Source of the DNA: Abditibacteriaceae bacterium
Lineage (GTDB): Bacteria > Armatimonadota > Abditibacteriia > Abditibacteriales > Abditibacteriaceae
Assembly (NCBI GenBank): GCA_031425655.1
Contig: JANPJS010000273.1
Location: 1 to 12,503, forward strand
DNA: 12,503 nt
Reading direction: 5' to 3'
Part shown: piece after piece, positions 1 through 8,764 of the stretch
Numbering within the stretch: the stretch's first letter is position 1
How the letters are laid out: each line of letters starts with the position of its first letter
Notes under the pieces: generated by a model
Databases searched by the model: none
The model's input: the letters and a program-made list of their open reading frames with translations, nothing else
Told to the model about the DNA's origin: nothing
Made by a program: the position numbers and the translations under genes

Positions 1-231
1 CATAACTGACCGGGCAGGGCAATCGCATTAGGATTTTTCGGTGTTTCACGAAATGGCCCGGCGAATAAATTCGCGGCAACCACGCGGCAAAGTCGCCCTG
101 CGGCGACTAAAAACTCAGAAAAGAGTCCACGAAGGTGGACTTTGCCGCGTGGTTGCCGCGAATTTATTCGCCGGGCCATTTCGTGAAACACCGAAAAATC
201 CTAATGCGATTGCCCTGCCCGGTCATTTATG
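1..231. mobile_element. Long palindromic MITE/REPIN-like element (94-bp inverted arms); may extend beyond the left window edge
   Basis: 1-94 is the reverse complement of 138-231 with one mismatch (6/226). Inner symmetric hairpins AGTCGCCCTGCGGCGACT (91-108) and AGTCCACGAAGGTGGACT (124-141), and GCGAATAAATTCGC (61-74) with its mirror copy. No transposase in the window. Confidence 0.7.
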
Positions 232-237
232 GCCAGG

Positions 238-1332
238 TTAGCTTTTCTCGGTAAATAAGTCGGCGATCCATTTCGTGCTGGGAAACTGCGCGCAAAAGAT
301 GAGAATCGTGACCGTCAGCGGCACGCCGATGAGCGCGCCGGCCACGCCCCACACCCAGCCCCAAAACGCGATAGAAAACAGCACCACGAACGATGAAATC
401 TGCAATTGACGGCCTTCGAGCAGCGGATCAACAAAGGTGCCCAGCCCAACTTGAATGGCGCACATCACGAAAAACACCAGCGCGGCGCGTCCGGCGTCCT
501 GAAACTGAAAAAGCGCGAACAGCGTTGGCGGAACCACGGAAATCAGCGAGCCAATGGTCGGCAGATAATTGAGCAGCGCCGCCGTCAGACCCCAAATGAA
601 CGCTAAATCCAATCCCAGAGCCAGCGCCGCGCCGCCCGAACAGACGCCCTGAATCACGCTGACCACGCTGCGCACCATGAAATAACGCCCGCACTTTTCG
701 ATCATTTCGTCAATCGAGCGCATGGTTTGCGCGCCGTCCGCTATTGCAGGCGCGTTGTCTTCAGATTTGTCAGTTTCCGGTTCCTCACTTCCCGGTGTCA
801 CGCCGCGCAGCTTTTTGCGGAATTTCGGCGCTTCGTGCAGGCCCAAAACCAGCAAACCGAAAACTAAAAACCACAAACCGACCATTGTCAGCAGCGATTT
901 CAAGACGCTCGCGCCGCGTCTGGCTTTCGATTCACCGCCCTGCCCGCCGCCTTGAAATACCTCTCGCGGATTTTCGGGCAGCGTCACATCGTAGCCCTGC
1001 GCGCTTACACGCGCCTTTTGCCACATTTGCTGCGCGTCCTCGGCATAGCGCGGCGCGGCATCGGCGATGACTTTCCCCGAATAAAATAGCGCCCCGACGA
1101 AAGCCGCAAAGATCGCCAGCAACGCCAGAAGCGTGAACGCATAAGCCACTTTTTGCGGCAGGCGCGCGTTCAGCCATTTATAGAGCGGCCACGCCAGAAT
1201 AATGAGAAATAACGAGAACGCCAGCGGCAGCGTGACCGAAAAACTGGCCTTCAGCGCCGTAATCACAGCGATAAAAGTGAGAACAGAGAGCAGCGTGTTG
1301 GTGGTGTTGAGTTCGCGTTTGGTGTCGTCCAT
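238..1332 (-). CDS. AI-2E family (UPF0118/PerM-like) transporter
   Basis: Multi-TM protein with family-typical C-terminal motifs (AALLNYLPTIGSLI; VDPLLEGRQLQIS; FWGWVWGVAGALIGVPLT). ATG at 1332 (MDDTKRE) preferred over the TTG at 1401, but the start is uncertain. Confidence 0.88.
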   Translation of the reverse strand: MDDTKRELNTTNTLLSVLTFIAVITALKASFSVTLPLAFSLFLIILAWPLYKWLNARLPQKVAYAFTLLALLAIFAAFVGALFYSGKVIADAAPRYAEDAQQMWQKARVSAQGYDVTLPENPREVFQGGGQGGESKARRGASVLKSLLTMVGLWFLVFGLLVLGLHEAPKFRKKLRGVTPGSEEPETDKSEDNAPAIADGAQTMRSIDEMIEKCGRYFMVRSVVSVIQGVCSGGAALALGLDLAFIWGLTAALLNYLPTIGSLISVVPPTLFALFQFQDAGRAALVFFVMCAIQVGLGTFVDPLLEGRQLQISSFVVLFSIAFWGWVWGVAGALIGVPLTVTILIFCAQFPSTKWIADLFTEKS

Positions 1333-1431
1333 AGCAAGCGCCGCGAGCGGAATGGCTTGCCGCACTTTAGCAAAAGCTGTTCCCGCCAAGCGCCGGGCCA
1401 AGTTGTCCGGCGGCTGTTCAGAGTTGATTTC

Positions 1432-3522
1432 TCATTCGCTGCGGCCTCGTTTTGCGAATCGCCGTAGGAACTGCGGCCAAGCGCGCGGCGCGTTTTCGTG
1501 TTCGAGAATTTGCGCCCGCGTCATGCGCTTTTCCAAACGCCGCAGGATTAGCAGGCCAATTCCAATATAAAGCAGAGCCGCCACGAACGGATGCCACATC
1601 AAAGGCACGAATCCCGACAAATCGCCGTAATAACTGGAGTAGTAATAGCCCGGTGAGCGTGCCGACATTAGCAAATACTGCAACTCTTCCCACGGGTTGA
1701 GCAATTGTTGCAAGTCGAAAGTCACACGCGAAAGCCAATCGCGCTCAACACTATACTGGTTGTATCTGTAAGCGAAGCGACTAAGATTGTCGGAGAAGGT
1801 GGGATAATAAGGGATGCCGAAGAAGGAGTAACCAATCGTTGCCAACAAGTGATATGCGGCCGTAATTACCCAGAGAATGTTGGCCAACAACGCGTAAAAC
1901 ACGCCCATCACAACGATGAGCGATGCCATCGTCGAGCCTGTCGCGGCGCCGGCGGTGCGACAGCGCCACGAAGCCCATAAGCCCCAACTCGTCAGCACGA
2001 AGGAGGTGGCAAACAAAAGCGCCAGCGTGCCCAAAACTAAATGAATCGAGAGACCGCCTCGCGTGTAATGGCTCGTTGGCATCAGCAGGGACATCAGCGT
2101 GCTGAGCAGCCACAGCGGTGAAGTCGCTATCAGCGCGCCGGACAGCGGAACAAGAGGCGCCAGAACTTTGCCTCGCAAAATCTCGCGCGGCGGCAAACGC
2201 GAAAGGCGCAGCGTTTCCCATGTGCCGTTTTCGCGCTCGCGGGCGATGGCGTTGGCCCCACGCAGTGGCGCGGCCAACATCACGATGAGCAATGCCAGCG
2301 AAGCCGCATATTCCCAAACATCAAGGCGCGCTTCGGGATAGCCCAGCATCCACATCAAGGCCCAGGCGTAGGCCACGAAGCCCAGCGCGACAGCCATCCA
2401 CAAAAGCGCCGTCACCAGCGGTGAAAAGCGCCGCAGACGAAACAGGCCGCGCGCCTCACGCTGCAAAACCGGGTTGCGAAACTTCAACAGCGACACCAGC
2501 GGCACGTCCCACACGGCACGCTTGGCCTGCGATTTCTGTCGCGCTGTGGCCACTGCGCTCATGTCGGCGGCGACGGCCCAAGTCAGGCGCCCGCCGCGCA
2601 TCGTAAGATGGCGTTTGCGCTCCACCCATTGTGCGTCGGGCAAAACGCGCTTGGCGTGCCGCATCGCCAGCACCAGCAGCAGCGAACCCACCAGCAGCAT
2701 TGCGAGAAGCGGCGTATGCAGGTCGAATGCGGCGGGCAACGCCCGTCCCGGTATCGTGCGGCCTCCAAAACGCCCGTAATCGGCGAGCAGTCCTTCCAGC
2801 AAGAAGTAGGGATTGAGCTGCAAAACAGCCGACACAACATCGCGCATCATCGCATTAGAGGTGCCGTTGTATCTCTGAAACGACTCATCCAACACCCCGA
2901 CGTTGGCTAAAAAATTCAGGAATACGACCAGCAAATCCGGCCCGATCAAAGTCAGCAGCAGCCAGATCAGCAGGGCGCCAAAGGTGTTGCGAATCGCTTG
3001 TTGCGGGCGCCGGGCGCGCGATGAAAAGTAAAGCCCCAGTGCCGCGCCGCAGAAAATCGTGGTGATATGCAGCGCTAAAACTCCGGTGAACTCATGCGTC
3101 GCCACGCCGCCGAGCATGAGGCAAACGCCCAACGGCGGCACGCAAACGCACAGCAGCAAAAACGCGAACAACACGATGCCGGCGAACTTGCCCAGCACCA
3201 CGCGCCACGCTGCCAATCCCGAAAGCTGCATCGCTTCGAGCAAACCGCGCTCGCGCTCGAAAGCCACGCTCGGCGCCGCCAAAGCCGGCACGATGAGCAG
3301 CCACGCGCCAAGTTGCAACAAGCTCAGAAGACGAAAAATCGCTCGCCCGCTTGCCTCCAGACGGCTTTCGGCGTTAACCGATTGCGCGCCCAAATCGTTT
3401 AAAGCGTAAGCGCCGCCTATCACGCCACTCAGCACGCCCGCCAGCAGCAAAAGCAGCATGAAAGCCCGGTCGCCGCGCCAGCGCACGCGCGATTCGCGCA
3501 AAAAGACAGGGTTCAATTCCAT
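1432..3522 (-). CDS. ABC-2-type transporter permease with two tandem permease domains (~696 aa)
   Basis: Two repeats of NPV..RE.R (MELNPVFLRESR; FRNPVLQREAR), each followed by TM helices and the ERE.G..E...LS...GK motif (FERERGLLEAMQLS...GK; ARERENGTWETLRLS...GK). The start is placed at ATG 3522 because the ORF-track extension to 3819 overlaps the PhyH gene. Confidence 0.82.
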   Translation of the reverse strand: MELNPVFLRESRVRWRGDRAFMLLLLLAGVLSGVIGGAYALNDLGAQSVNAESRLEASGRAIFRLLSLLQLGAWLLIVPALAAPSVAFERERGLLEAMQLSGLAAWRVVLGKFAGIVLFAFLLLCVCVPPLGVCLMLGGVATHEFTGVLALHITTIFCGAALGLYFSSRARRPQQAIRNTFGALLIWLLLTLIGPDLLVVFLNFLANVGVLDESFQRYNGTSNAMMRDVVSAVLQLNPYFLLEGLLADYGRFGGRTIPGRALPAAFDLHTPLLAMLLVGSLLLVLAMRHAKRVLPDAQWVERKRHLTMRGGRLTWAVAADMSAVATARQKSQAKRAVWDVPLVSLLKFRNPVLQREARGLFRLRRFSPLVTALLWMAVALGFVAYAWALMWMLGYPEARLDVWEYAASLALLIVMLAAPLRGANAIARERENGTWETLRLSRLPPREILRGKVLAPLVPLSGALIATSPLWLLSTLMSLLMPTSHYTRGGLSIHLVLGTLALLFATSFVLTSWGLWASWRCRTAGAATGSTMASLIVVMGVFYALLANILWVITAAYHLLATIGYSFFGIPYYPTFSDNLSRFAYRYNQYSVERDWLSRVTFDLQQLLNPWEELQYLLMSARSPGYYYSSYYGDLSGFVPLMWHPFVAALLYIGIGLLILRRLEKRMTRAQILEHENAPRAWPQFLRRFAKRGRSE

Positions 3523-3561
3523 GCTGGATGCTGGATGCTCGATGCTCGATGCTCGATGCTG
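3521..3561. repeat. Tandem heptamer repeat (GATGCTG/GATGCTC, ~6 units)
   Basis: ATGCTGGATGCTGGATGCTCGATGCTCGATGCTCGATGCTG fills nearly the whole gap between the PhyH stop and the permease ATG. Confidence 0.85.
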
Positions 3562-3569
3562 ACCGAAAG

Positions 3570-4298
3570 CTATCGCACTTTTTCGCCGCCGACGATAAAA
3601 GGTTCGCTGAGATAAAACGGCGTGCCGTCTTCTTTGAGCAGCGGCTCGGCGCCGTATTGCGGCAAAAAGACGCGGCGCGGCTTGCTGGTCGTGTTGGCGC
3701 CGCTGCGATGAAAAACCGTGCTGGTGAAGCAAACGATGCTGCCCGCCGGGCAAATCACGGCATCGCCGGGATCGGGGCCGTCGTAGCCGATTAAATCCCA
3801 CTCGGTTTCCGATTTCCAATGCTCAACTTTGTCGCGTGTGCCGGCGCGCTCGTAAGGCAAAACGTAAACGGTGCCGTTTTCTTCACTCACATCGTCCAAA
3901 GGGCACCAACAGGTCAAATACGGCTTGTGAGGATAGTCAACATAGCCCGAATCCTGATGCCACGCGAAACTGCCGCCCTTTTCCGCCGATTTGACGACGT
4001 ATTGCTCAAAAACTAAATACACGTCGTCGCCGAGCAGCGTGCGCGTGACTTCGGCCATCACGTCGCTGAAAATGAATTCGCGCGTGCGCACGCTGCGCTC
4101 CCACGCCGAGAAAAAGTGCTTGGTCGTGCGCGGGCGGTTTTCGGCATCGGCTTTGGCGTCTTCTTCGGCGACTAAGCGGTCGGCTTCTTCGCGTAAAAGC
4201 TGCAAATGCTCGGCGGGAATCGCGCGTTCCAACACGCAAAAGCCCTTTTCTTGAAACGATTTGAGGTGTTCGGCGGTGAAAAGCGAGGTGTTGTTCAT
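3570..4298 (-). CDS. Phytanoyl-CoA dioxygenase (PhyH) family Fe(II)/2-oxoglutarate dioxygenase
   Basis: FQEKGFCVLERAI N-terminus, WHQD (HxD), CWCPLDDVSEENG, distal His in FHRSGAN, and 2OG-binding Arg in PRRV. Confidence 0.9.
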   Translation of the reverse strand: MNNTSLFTAEHLKSFQEKGFCVLERAIPAEHLQLLREEADRLVAEEDAKADAENRPRTTKHFFSAWERSVRTREFIFSDVMAEVTRTLLGDDVYLVFEQYVVKSAEKGGSFAWHQDSGYVDYPHKPYLTCWCPLDDVSEENGTVYVLPYERAGTRDKVEHWKSETEWDLIGYDGPDPGDAVICPAGSIVCFTSTVFHRSGANTTSKPRRVFLPQYGAEPLLKEDGTPFYLSEPFIVGGEKVR

Positions 4299-4314
4299 GG
4301 TTTCAAACCAAGTC

Positions 4315-7296
4315 TCAAGATTTATCGCGTCCCGTTAAAAATTGCGGCGGCACTTTGTAAGTTCCGGCTTCGATTTGCGCCGCGATGCGCTTCCATTTGG
4401 CGGCTTCGGCGGCGTCTTTTTTGAGGCCGGGCCAGCCTTCTTCGTAAGCATCAGCCAACGATTCGGCTGCCGGTTGGTAGCCCAAATTCGCGGATAAAAT
4501 GCGATATTTCCACGCCGCCGCCTCGTCAATCGGGAAAAATGTGTCCGATTCATACTCCGAGGCAAGCACATCGGCACTTTCCGCAGCGCGCTCAACCGGG
4601 GCTTTTTCGGCTTCGCGCTTCAAGCGTTCGCGCCCTAATTTCGCCCATTGTTTTGCTTCTTCGTGGTCGGCGCGCAAGGGAAATCCCGGCGCATCTACGA
4701 GGCCGGCAATCAGCAAAGGCGCCTGCGAATCGCCGTGAAGCGCCGCTTGGACGTATTTTTCCAGCATTTGCACGCGCAGGGCGGGCAAAACCGGGTTTTT
4801 GGCGCGGTCGGTTTGCGAAATTTCGTCGGCGGCTTCCGAAAATTGCGCCGCTGCTTTTAGGTCGAAGGCGCCCGGCGTGTTGTCGTAGCTTGCACACAAC
4901 AAGCGCGCCGCTTCGAGGCGCGAAGTCGTATCAATGAATTTGCGCGCATCTAAATTGCTCGCTTCGAGAATGTCCAGCAGCTTCTGCAAACGGGCGATGG
5001 TCGGGGCGGGCGAAAACACGCCCAGCACGCGATGGTCGCGCCGCCACATCTCCATTTTTTGCGCCAAAGACGAGCCGTTGCGCGAAAGCCATTGCCAAAA
5101 AGCCGTATTGCGGGTCAATTCAAAGTGATTGTCATTCGAAATCGGCTCGGCCTCCGGGCTTTGCATCAGCAGCATGGGATGACCTTTTTCGCGCGCCAAA
5201 GCGAGCCAATCGCGTGTTGAAGCCTGCGAAGCGCGATATTCGCGGCGCCAGCGGTTGTCCCAGATGTAATCCACGTCCAAATAGCGTTCGTTTGTCGCCT
5301 CGCGGTGTAAAAGATGGAGCGCCAAAGCCGCTGTCGCCGCGCGATTGCTGGGGCCGTCGGCGTCGCGTTGCAAGCGCGAATCGTAGCTGTCTACCAGATA
5401 TTGCAAATTGGCCTTCGATTGCGGCGTGTTGAAAAGCACCGTATTCGGCCCGTTGGCGATGCCGAGAAGTTGATACGCGGCCAAAGCGTCGCCGCCTTCA
5501 AACGCCTTGAAGAAACCTGCTAAAGCCGCGTCAGGGTCGCTTTCGCGCAGACGCTCGGCGTTATTGAATTCCAGCGTTGCCGCGTCTAATTCGGCGCTTG
5601 TCCAAGTGTTCCCGCGCTTTTCCAGAGCCACGCGCGCCGTGTTGAGGCGTTCGTCGAACTCGCGGGCGCGCTTTTCCGTTCCCGCCACTTGCTGCCAAGT
5701 TGCAATGCTTTGCTTGGTGGTTTGGAAGCGCACATCGTTGGCAATGGCGCCGTCCAGCCACTTTTGCGTGGCGGAAGCATCGTTCCACGGCGCGCGACCT
5801 TGCGCGGCGGCGCGTCGAATTTCTCGTTCCAACAAGTCGGGAGCATCGTTTTGCGCTTTGAGATGCGCCAAAGCCACCGCCGGGGGCTGCAAGGGCGCGA
5901 CGCTCGGCCAAAAACCCATGTCGCGCGCCAAAAGTGCGCGCCGCGCCGCTGCCGCCAAAGCGTTTTCGCCCTGCGCCCACGCTTCGACTTGCGCGCCGCC
6001 TTCGGCCCACAAACGCTTGGCCCCGTCGGGATTATCGAGCAGCGAAAAATAATTGTCGGCGCCCCGGCGCGGCTGCCACGGCAAAAGCGCACGCGCTTCG
6101 TCCTGCTTGGCTCCTAAAAGCGCCGCCAACACTTCTTGTCGAAAGAATCCCAGCGCCGGAGCATCGCGCTGTTCGATTTCGTCCAAGCAGCGCAAACGCG
6201 CTTCGCGGCTCATCTTCGGCAAGGCGGCGCTGAAACTCTTTTGCAGAAGCGGCAAATCGGAATTGTAGCTTACGCTGCCGACTTTTTCGCTTGTCCATTC
6301 CTGCGCCCAAGCCGCGACGCGTTCGGGATGCTCGGCTACCAAAGCCGCAAAATCTTGGCGAATGCGAAGCGCCCGCGCGTTCCACTCGCCAACCGACGGC
6401 CACCATTCGAGGCGCGGCGACACACCATCATACGGATCGTCTTTTTGCGACCAAACAACAGCCATTCGGAGTTGCTGCGCCGCGCCGTCCACATCGGCGG
6501 GCAAGCCGGCGCCGGAACGCAAAATATTGCCATAAATCCACGCGCCAACGCCGCTTTGGTCGTTGGCAGCGCCGGTTTCCAGTAATTTTCGTCCGCGCTG
6601 CGGGTCGGGTTGAATGCCTTCGCCGTTCACCAAAAGAGCGCCCAAAAGCGTGTTGGTCAAAGGCCACGCCGGACTCGATTTCTCCAGCCACAACAACGCG
6701 TGATTATGATTTTTCGTGGTGCCGTTGCCTGCCATCAGCGCGCGTCCCACGAAAAAGGCGCCGTAAACATCGCCGTTTTGCGCCTGCTGCAAATGCCAGC
6801 GAAAGGCTTGATCTTGCGAGGCAAAAGGCGGCGGCAGCACTTTGGTTCCCATGCCGTCGTTTTTGGCGACGAGATTTTCGTAGGATTTTTGCTCGTTCAG
6901 CGCGTTGCGGCGGCGAGTTTCTTCGTTGATGCGGTCAATTTGGGCGTTTTGCGCGTTTATTTTGGCTGAATAGGCCGCAAGGTGAGCCTCCCAAGCGCGG
7001 TCTCCGGCGGCTTTTGCAGCGGCTTCGGCGTGAATGCGCGCCAGTGTTTCGTTCCATTCGCGCTGTCGCTGCGCGTTGGATTTCCACTCAACAGGCGCCA
7101 CCGCATTGAGCGGCCCGCGCGCAGAATTCATGGCGGCAATGGCATCGTAATGCTCGTTTCGCGCCTGCCACTCCCGATTTTGCCGCGCTGAATTCTGCGC
7201 GTAAGGATCGAGATACGGATCGTAAGCCAAAGCGGGACGCGCCACGATCAGCGCCGCGCCGCACACACTCAAAATCGTGCGAAAAGACAAAACCAT
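4315..7296 (-). CDS. Large secreted Sel1-like repeat (SLR) protein (~993 aa)
   Basis: ATG at 7296 with a GGGGA RBS-like sequence; signal peptide ending ALA|Y. SLR units include AFFVGRALMAGNGTTKNHNHALLWLEKS, LLGALLVNGEGIQPDPQRGRKLLE, AWIYGNILRSGAGLPADVDGA and AAESLADAYEEGWPGLKKDAAEAAKWKRIA. Confidence 0.8.
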   Translation of the reverse strand: MVLSFRTILSVCGAALIVARPALAYDPYLDPYAQNSARQNREWQARNEHYDAIAAMNSARGPLNAVAPVEWKSNAQRQREWNETLARIHAEAAAKAAGDRAWEAHLAAYSAKINAQNAQIDRINEETRRRNALNEQKSYENLVAKNDGMGTKVLPPPFASQDQAFRWHLQQAQNGDVYGAFFVGRALMAGNGTTKNHNHALLWLEKSSPAWPLTNTLLGALLVNGEGIQPDPQRGRKLLETGAANDQSGVGAWIYGNILRSGAGLPADVDGAAQQLRMAVVWSQKDDPYDGVSPRLEWWPSVGEWNARALRIRQDFAALVAEHPERVAAWAQEWTSEKVGSVSYNSDLPLLQKSFSAALPKMSREARLRCLDEIEQRDAPALGFFRQEVLAALLGAKQDEARALLPWQPRRGADNYFSLLDNPDGAKRLWAEGGAQVEAWAQGENALAAAARRALLARDMGFWPSVAPLQPPAVALAHLKAQNDAPDLLEREIRRAAAQGRAPWNDASATQKWLDGAIANDVRFQTTKQSIATWQQVAGTEKRAREFDERLNTARVALEKRGNTWTSAELDAATLEFNNAERLRESDPDAALAGFFKAFEGGDALAAYQLLGIANGPNTVLFNTPQSKANLQYLVDSYDSRLQRDADGPSNRAATAALALHLLHREATNERYLDVDYIWDNRWRREYRASQASTRDWLALAREKGHPMLLMQSPEAEPISNDNHFELTRNTAFWQWLSRNGSSLAQKMEMWRRDHRVLGVFSPAPTIARLQKLLDILEASNLDARKFIDTTSRLEAARLLCASYDNTPGAFDLKAAAQFSEAADEISQTDRAKNPVLPALRVQMLEKYVQAALHGDSQAPLLIAGLVDAPGFPLRADHEEAKQWAKLGRERLKREAEKAPVERAAESADVLASEYESDTFFPIDEAAAWKYRILSANLGYQPAAESLADAYEEGWPGLKKDAAEAAKWKRIAAQIEAGTYKVPPQFLTGRDKS

Positions 7297-7375
7297 AGTG
7301 CTGTTTCCCCCAAAAACGCCCGCGCAACGATGAAATTCACAATTTGCGCCTGAAACAGGCCCGCCAAGCGAAATT

Positions 7376-8185
7376 TTACGGCCTGCGTTGCGCCAACAGC
7401 CAGTCGAAAAGGCCCGGCTCGGCGAAGGCTTTGTCCCAACTGTTGTGCCCGACGCCGGGATATTCGCTGTATTTAATGTTGCCGCCAACAACTTTTACCG
7501 CTTCGACCATCGTGCGCGTGCGGCCCACGAAAACGACGCCGTCGGCATCGCCGTGAAACGCCCAGATGGGAATGTGTTTAATCATCGGCGCTGTGGAATT
7601 GTCGGCGCCGCCACAAATCGGGACGGCGGCGGCGAAGAGTTGAGGGCGTCGCGCCAGCAAATCCCATGTTCCGAAGCCGCCCATCGAAATTCCCATCAGG
7701 TAAAGGCGCTGCGAATCGAGCGAAAACTCTTTGGGCAATTCGTCGAGCAGTTGAAGCAGCAAGCGCATCGGTTCGGAAGGCGTTTCTGGCATTTTATGAG
7801 GCTCTTTTTCGCCCCAGTTGACTTCGACCCAGCGTTTATCCGGCGGGCATTGCGGCGCGAGAACGAAGCATGGCGTTTTAATCTGCACTTCGTCGCTGAC
7901 TAATTTCGGCGCGCCATTTTTAGCGATGTGCGATTCGTTTTCTGTCCCGCGCTCGCCTGCGCCGTGCAAATACACGATCAGCGGATATTTCTTGGCTGCG
8001 TCGTAATTTTTGGGCACGAACAAACGATACGGCAAGCCTCCGGGCAGCTTATTTTGCGCGTCGGCCAGCACGCGCTTGTTCCACACGCCGGGTGCGGCAT
8101 CTTGCGCGATGGAAACGCAAGGGCACAATAACAGAAGAAAAAGCCAAAGTGATTGGAGATGGCGCATGATTTTAGTTTGACTCAC
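7376..8185 (-). CDS. Secreted alpha/beta-hydrolase (predicted peptidase/carboxylesterase, COG4099-like)
   Basis: LPYRLFVP...YPLIVYLHGAGERG, nucleophile elbow GISMGG, HGDAD (Asp) and GVGHNSW (His); signal peptide ending SIA|Q. The GTG start overlaps the tadA1 stop (GTGA); alternative ATG at 8167. Confidence 0.88.
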   Translation of the reverse strand: MSQTKIMRHLQSLWLFLLLLCPCVSIAQDAAPGVWNKRVLADAQNKLPGGLPYRLFVPKNYDAAKKYPLIVYLHGAGERGTENESHIAKNGAPKLVSDEVQIKTPCFVLAPQCPPDKRWVEVNWGEKEPHKMPETPSEPMRLLLQLLDELPKEFSLDSQRLYLMGISMGGFGTWDLLARRPQLFAAAVPICGGADNSTAPMIKHIPIWAFHGDADGVVFVGRTRTMVEAVKVVGGNIKYSEYPGVGHNSWDKAFAEPGLFDWLLAQRRP

Positions 8186-8676
8186 CGCGCGTCACGTCGC
8201 GCTACGAAAAACTCTTCAAGTAGCGCCGCGCATTCGCTTTCGAGCACGCCGCCGCGCACTTGCGGGCGATGATTGAGGCGCGGGTCGCGCGGAATATCGA
8301 AAACCGAGCCGCAAGCGCCGCTTTTCGGCTCCCACGCGCCGAAAACCAGACGCTCGACACGCGCCAGCCACAGCGCTCCGGCGCACATCGGACACGGCTC
8401 CAGCGTAACGTAAAGCGTCACGCCATCAAGACGCCAGGCGCCAAGCGTCTCCGCGGCTTCGCGCAAGGCAAGAACTTCGGCGTGCGCCGTCGGGTCGTTG
8501 TCGGCTTCGCGGCGATTATGCCCGCGCCCGACAACACGATTTTCGTAAATGCAAATCGCGCCAACCGGCACATCCGCTGAGTTTTGAGTTTTGAGTTTTG
8601 AGTTTTGAGTTAAAAGGCACTGGCGCGCTTCTGAAATGGCTTCGCGCATCCAAAATTCGTCGTCGCGGGTGGGCAT
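8182..8676 (-). CDS. tadA: tRNA adenosine(34) deaminase, paralog 1
   Basis: VPVGA, GHNRRE, DPTAHAE, WRL..TLYVTLEPCPMCAGA, GACGS, LNH, and C-terminal FF..RR. ATG at 8676 is preceded by AGAGG (ORF track starts at 8697). Confidence 0.93.
   Translation of the reverse strand: MPTRDDEFWMREAISEARQCLLTQNSKLKTQNSADVPVGAICIYENRVVGRGHNRREADNDPTAHAEVLALREAAETLGAWRLDGVTLYVTLEPCPMCAGALWLARVERLVFGAWEPKSGACGSVFDIPRDPRLNHRPQVRGGVLESECAALLEEFFVARRDAR
8578..8611. repeat. (TGAGTTT)x~5 heptamer repeat inside tadA1
   Basis: Four full units and one partial unit, encoding TQNSKLKTQNS in frame. Confidence 0.9.
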
Positions 8677-8695
8677 AGAAGAAGCCTCTAAAAAC

Positions 8696-8729
8696 AAAAG
8701 CGACGCACGATAATTCGCGCGTCGCTTTT
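8696..8729 (-). terminator. Intrinsic terminator-like hairpin between tRNA-Arg(CCT) and tadA1
   Basis: AAAAGCGACGC...GCGTCGCTTTT. On the minus strand the stem is followed by TTTTGTTTTT. Confidence 0.65.
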
Positions 8730-8764
8730 CTCCATTCTTAATTCACCATTCTCAATTCAAAGAT

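Noticed and set aside
41..241. 66-aa ORF ending NAIALPGHLWPG
   Set aside because: It lies within the palindrome and has no transposase domain; NAIAL is just the translated terminal repeat.
1333..1434. AI-2E ORF is in frame with the permease after a single TGA (read-through or selenocysteine fusion?)
   Set aside because: Shared frame has a one-in-three chance, GC-rich spacers often lack stops, no SECIS-like support was seen, and the two families are unrelated.
3523..3819. N-terminal extension of the 795-aa ORF
   Set aside because: It overlaps the PhyH gene in another frame and crosses the heptamer repeat; family homology begins at MELNPV.
7297..7491. N-terminal extension of the 1058-aa ORF
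   Set aside because: It overlaps the hydrolase 3' end; the signal peptide and RBS point to ATG 7296.
400..8131. Numerous plus-strand and alternate-frame ORFs
   Set aside because: Arg/Ala-rich shadow ORFs of GC-rich minus-strand genes with no recognisable motifs.
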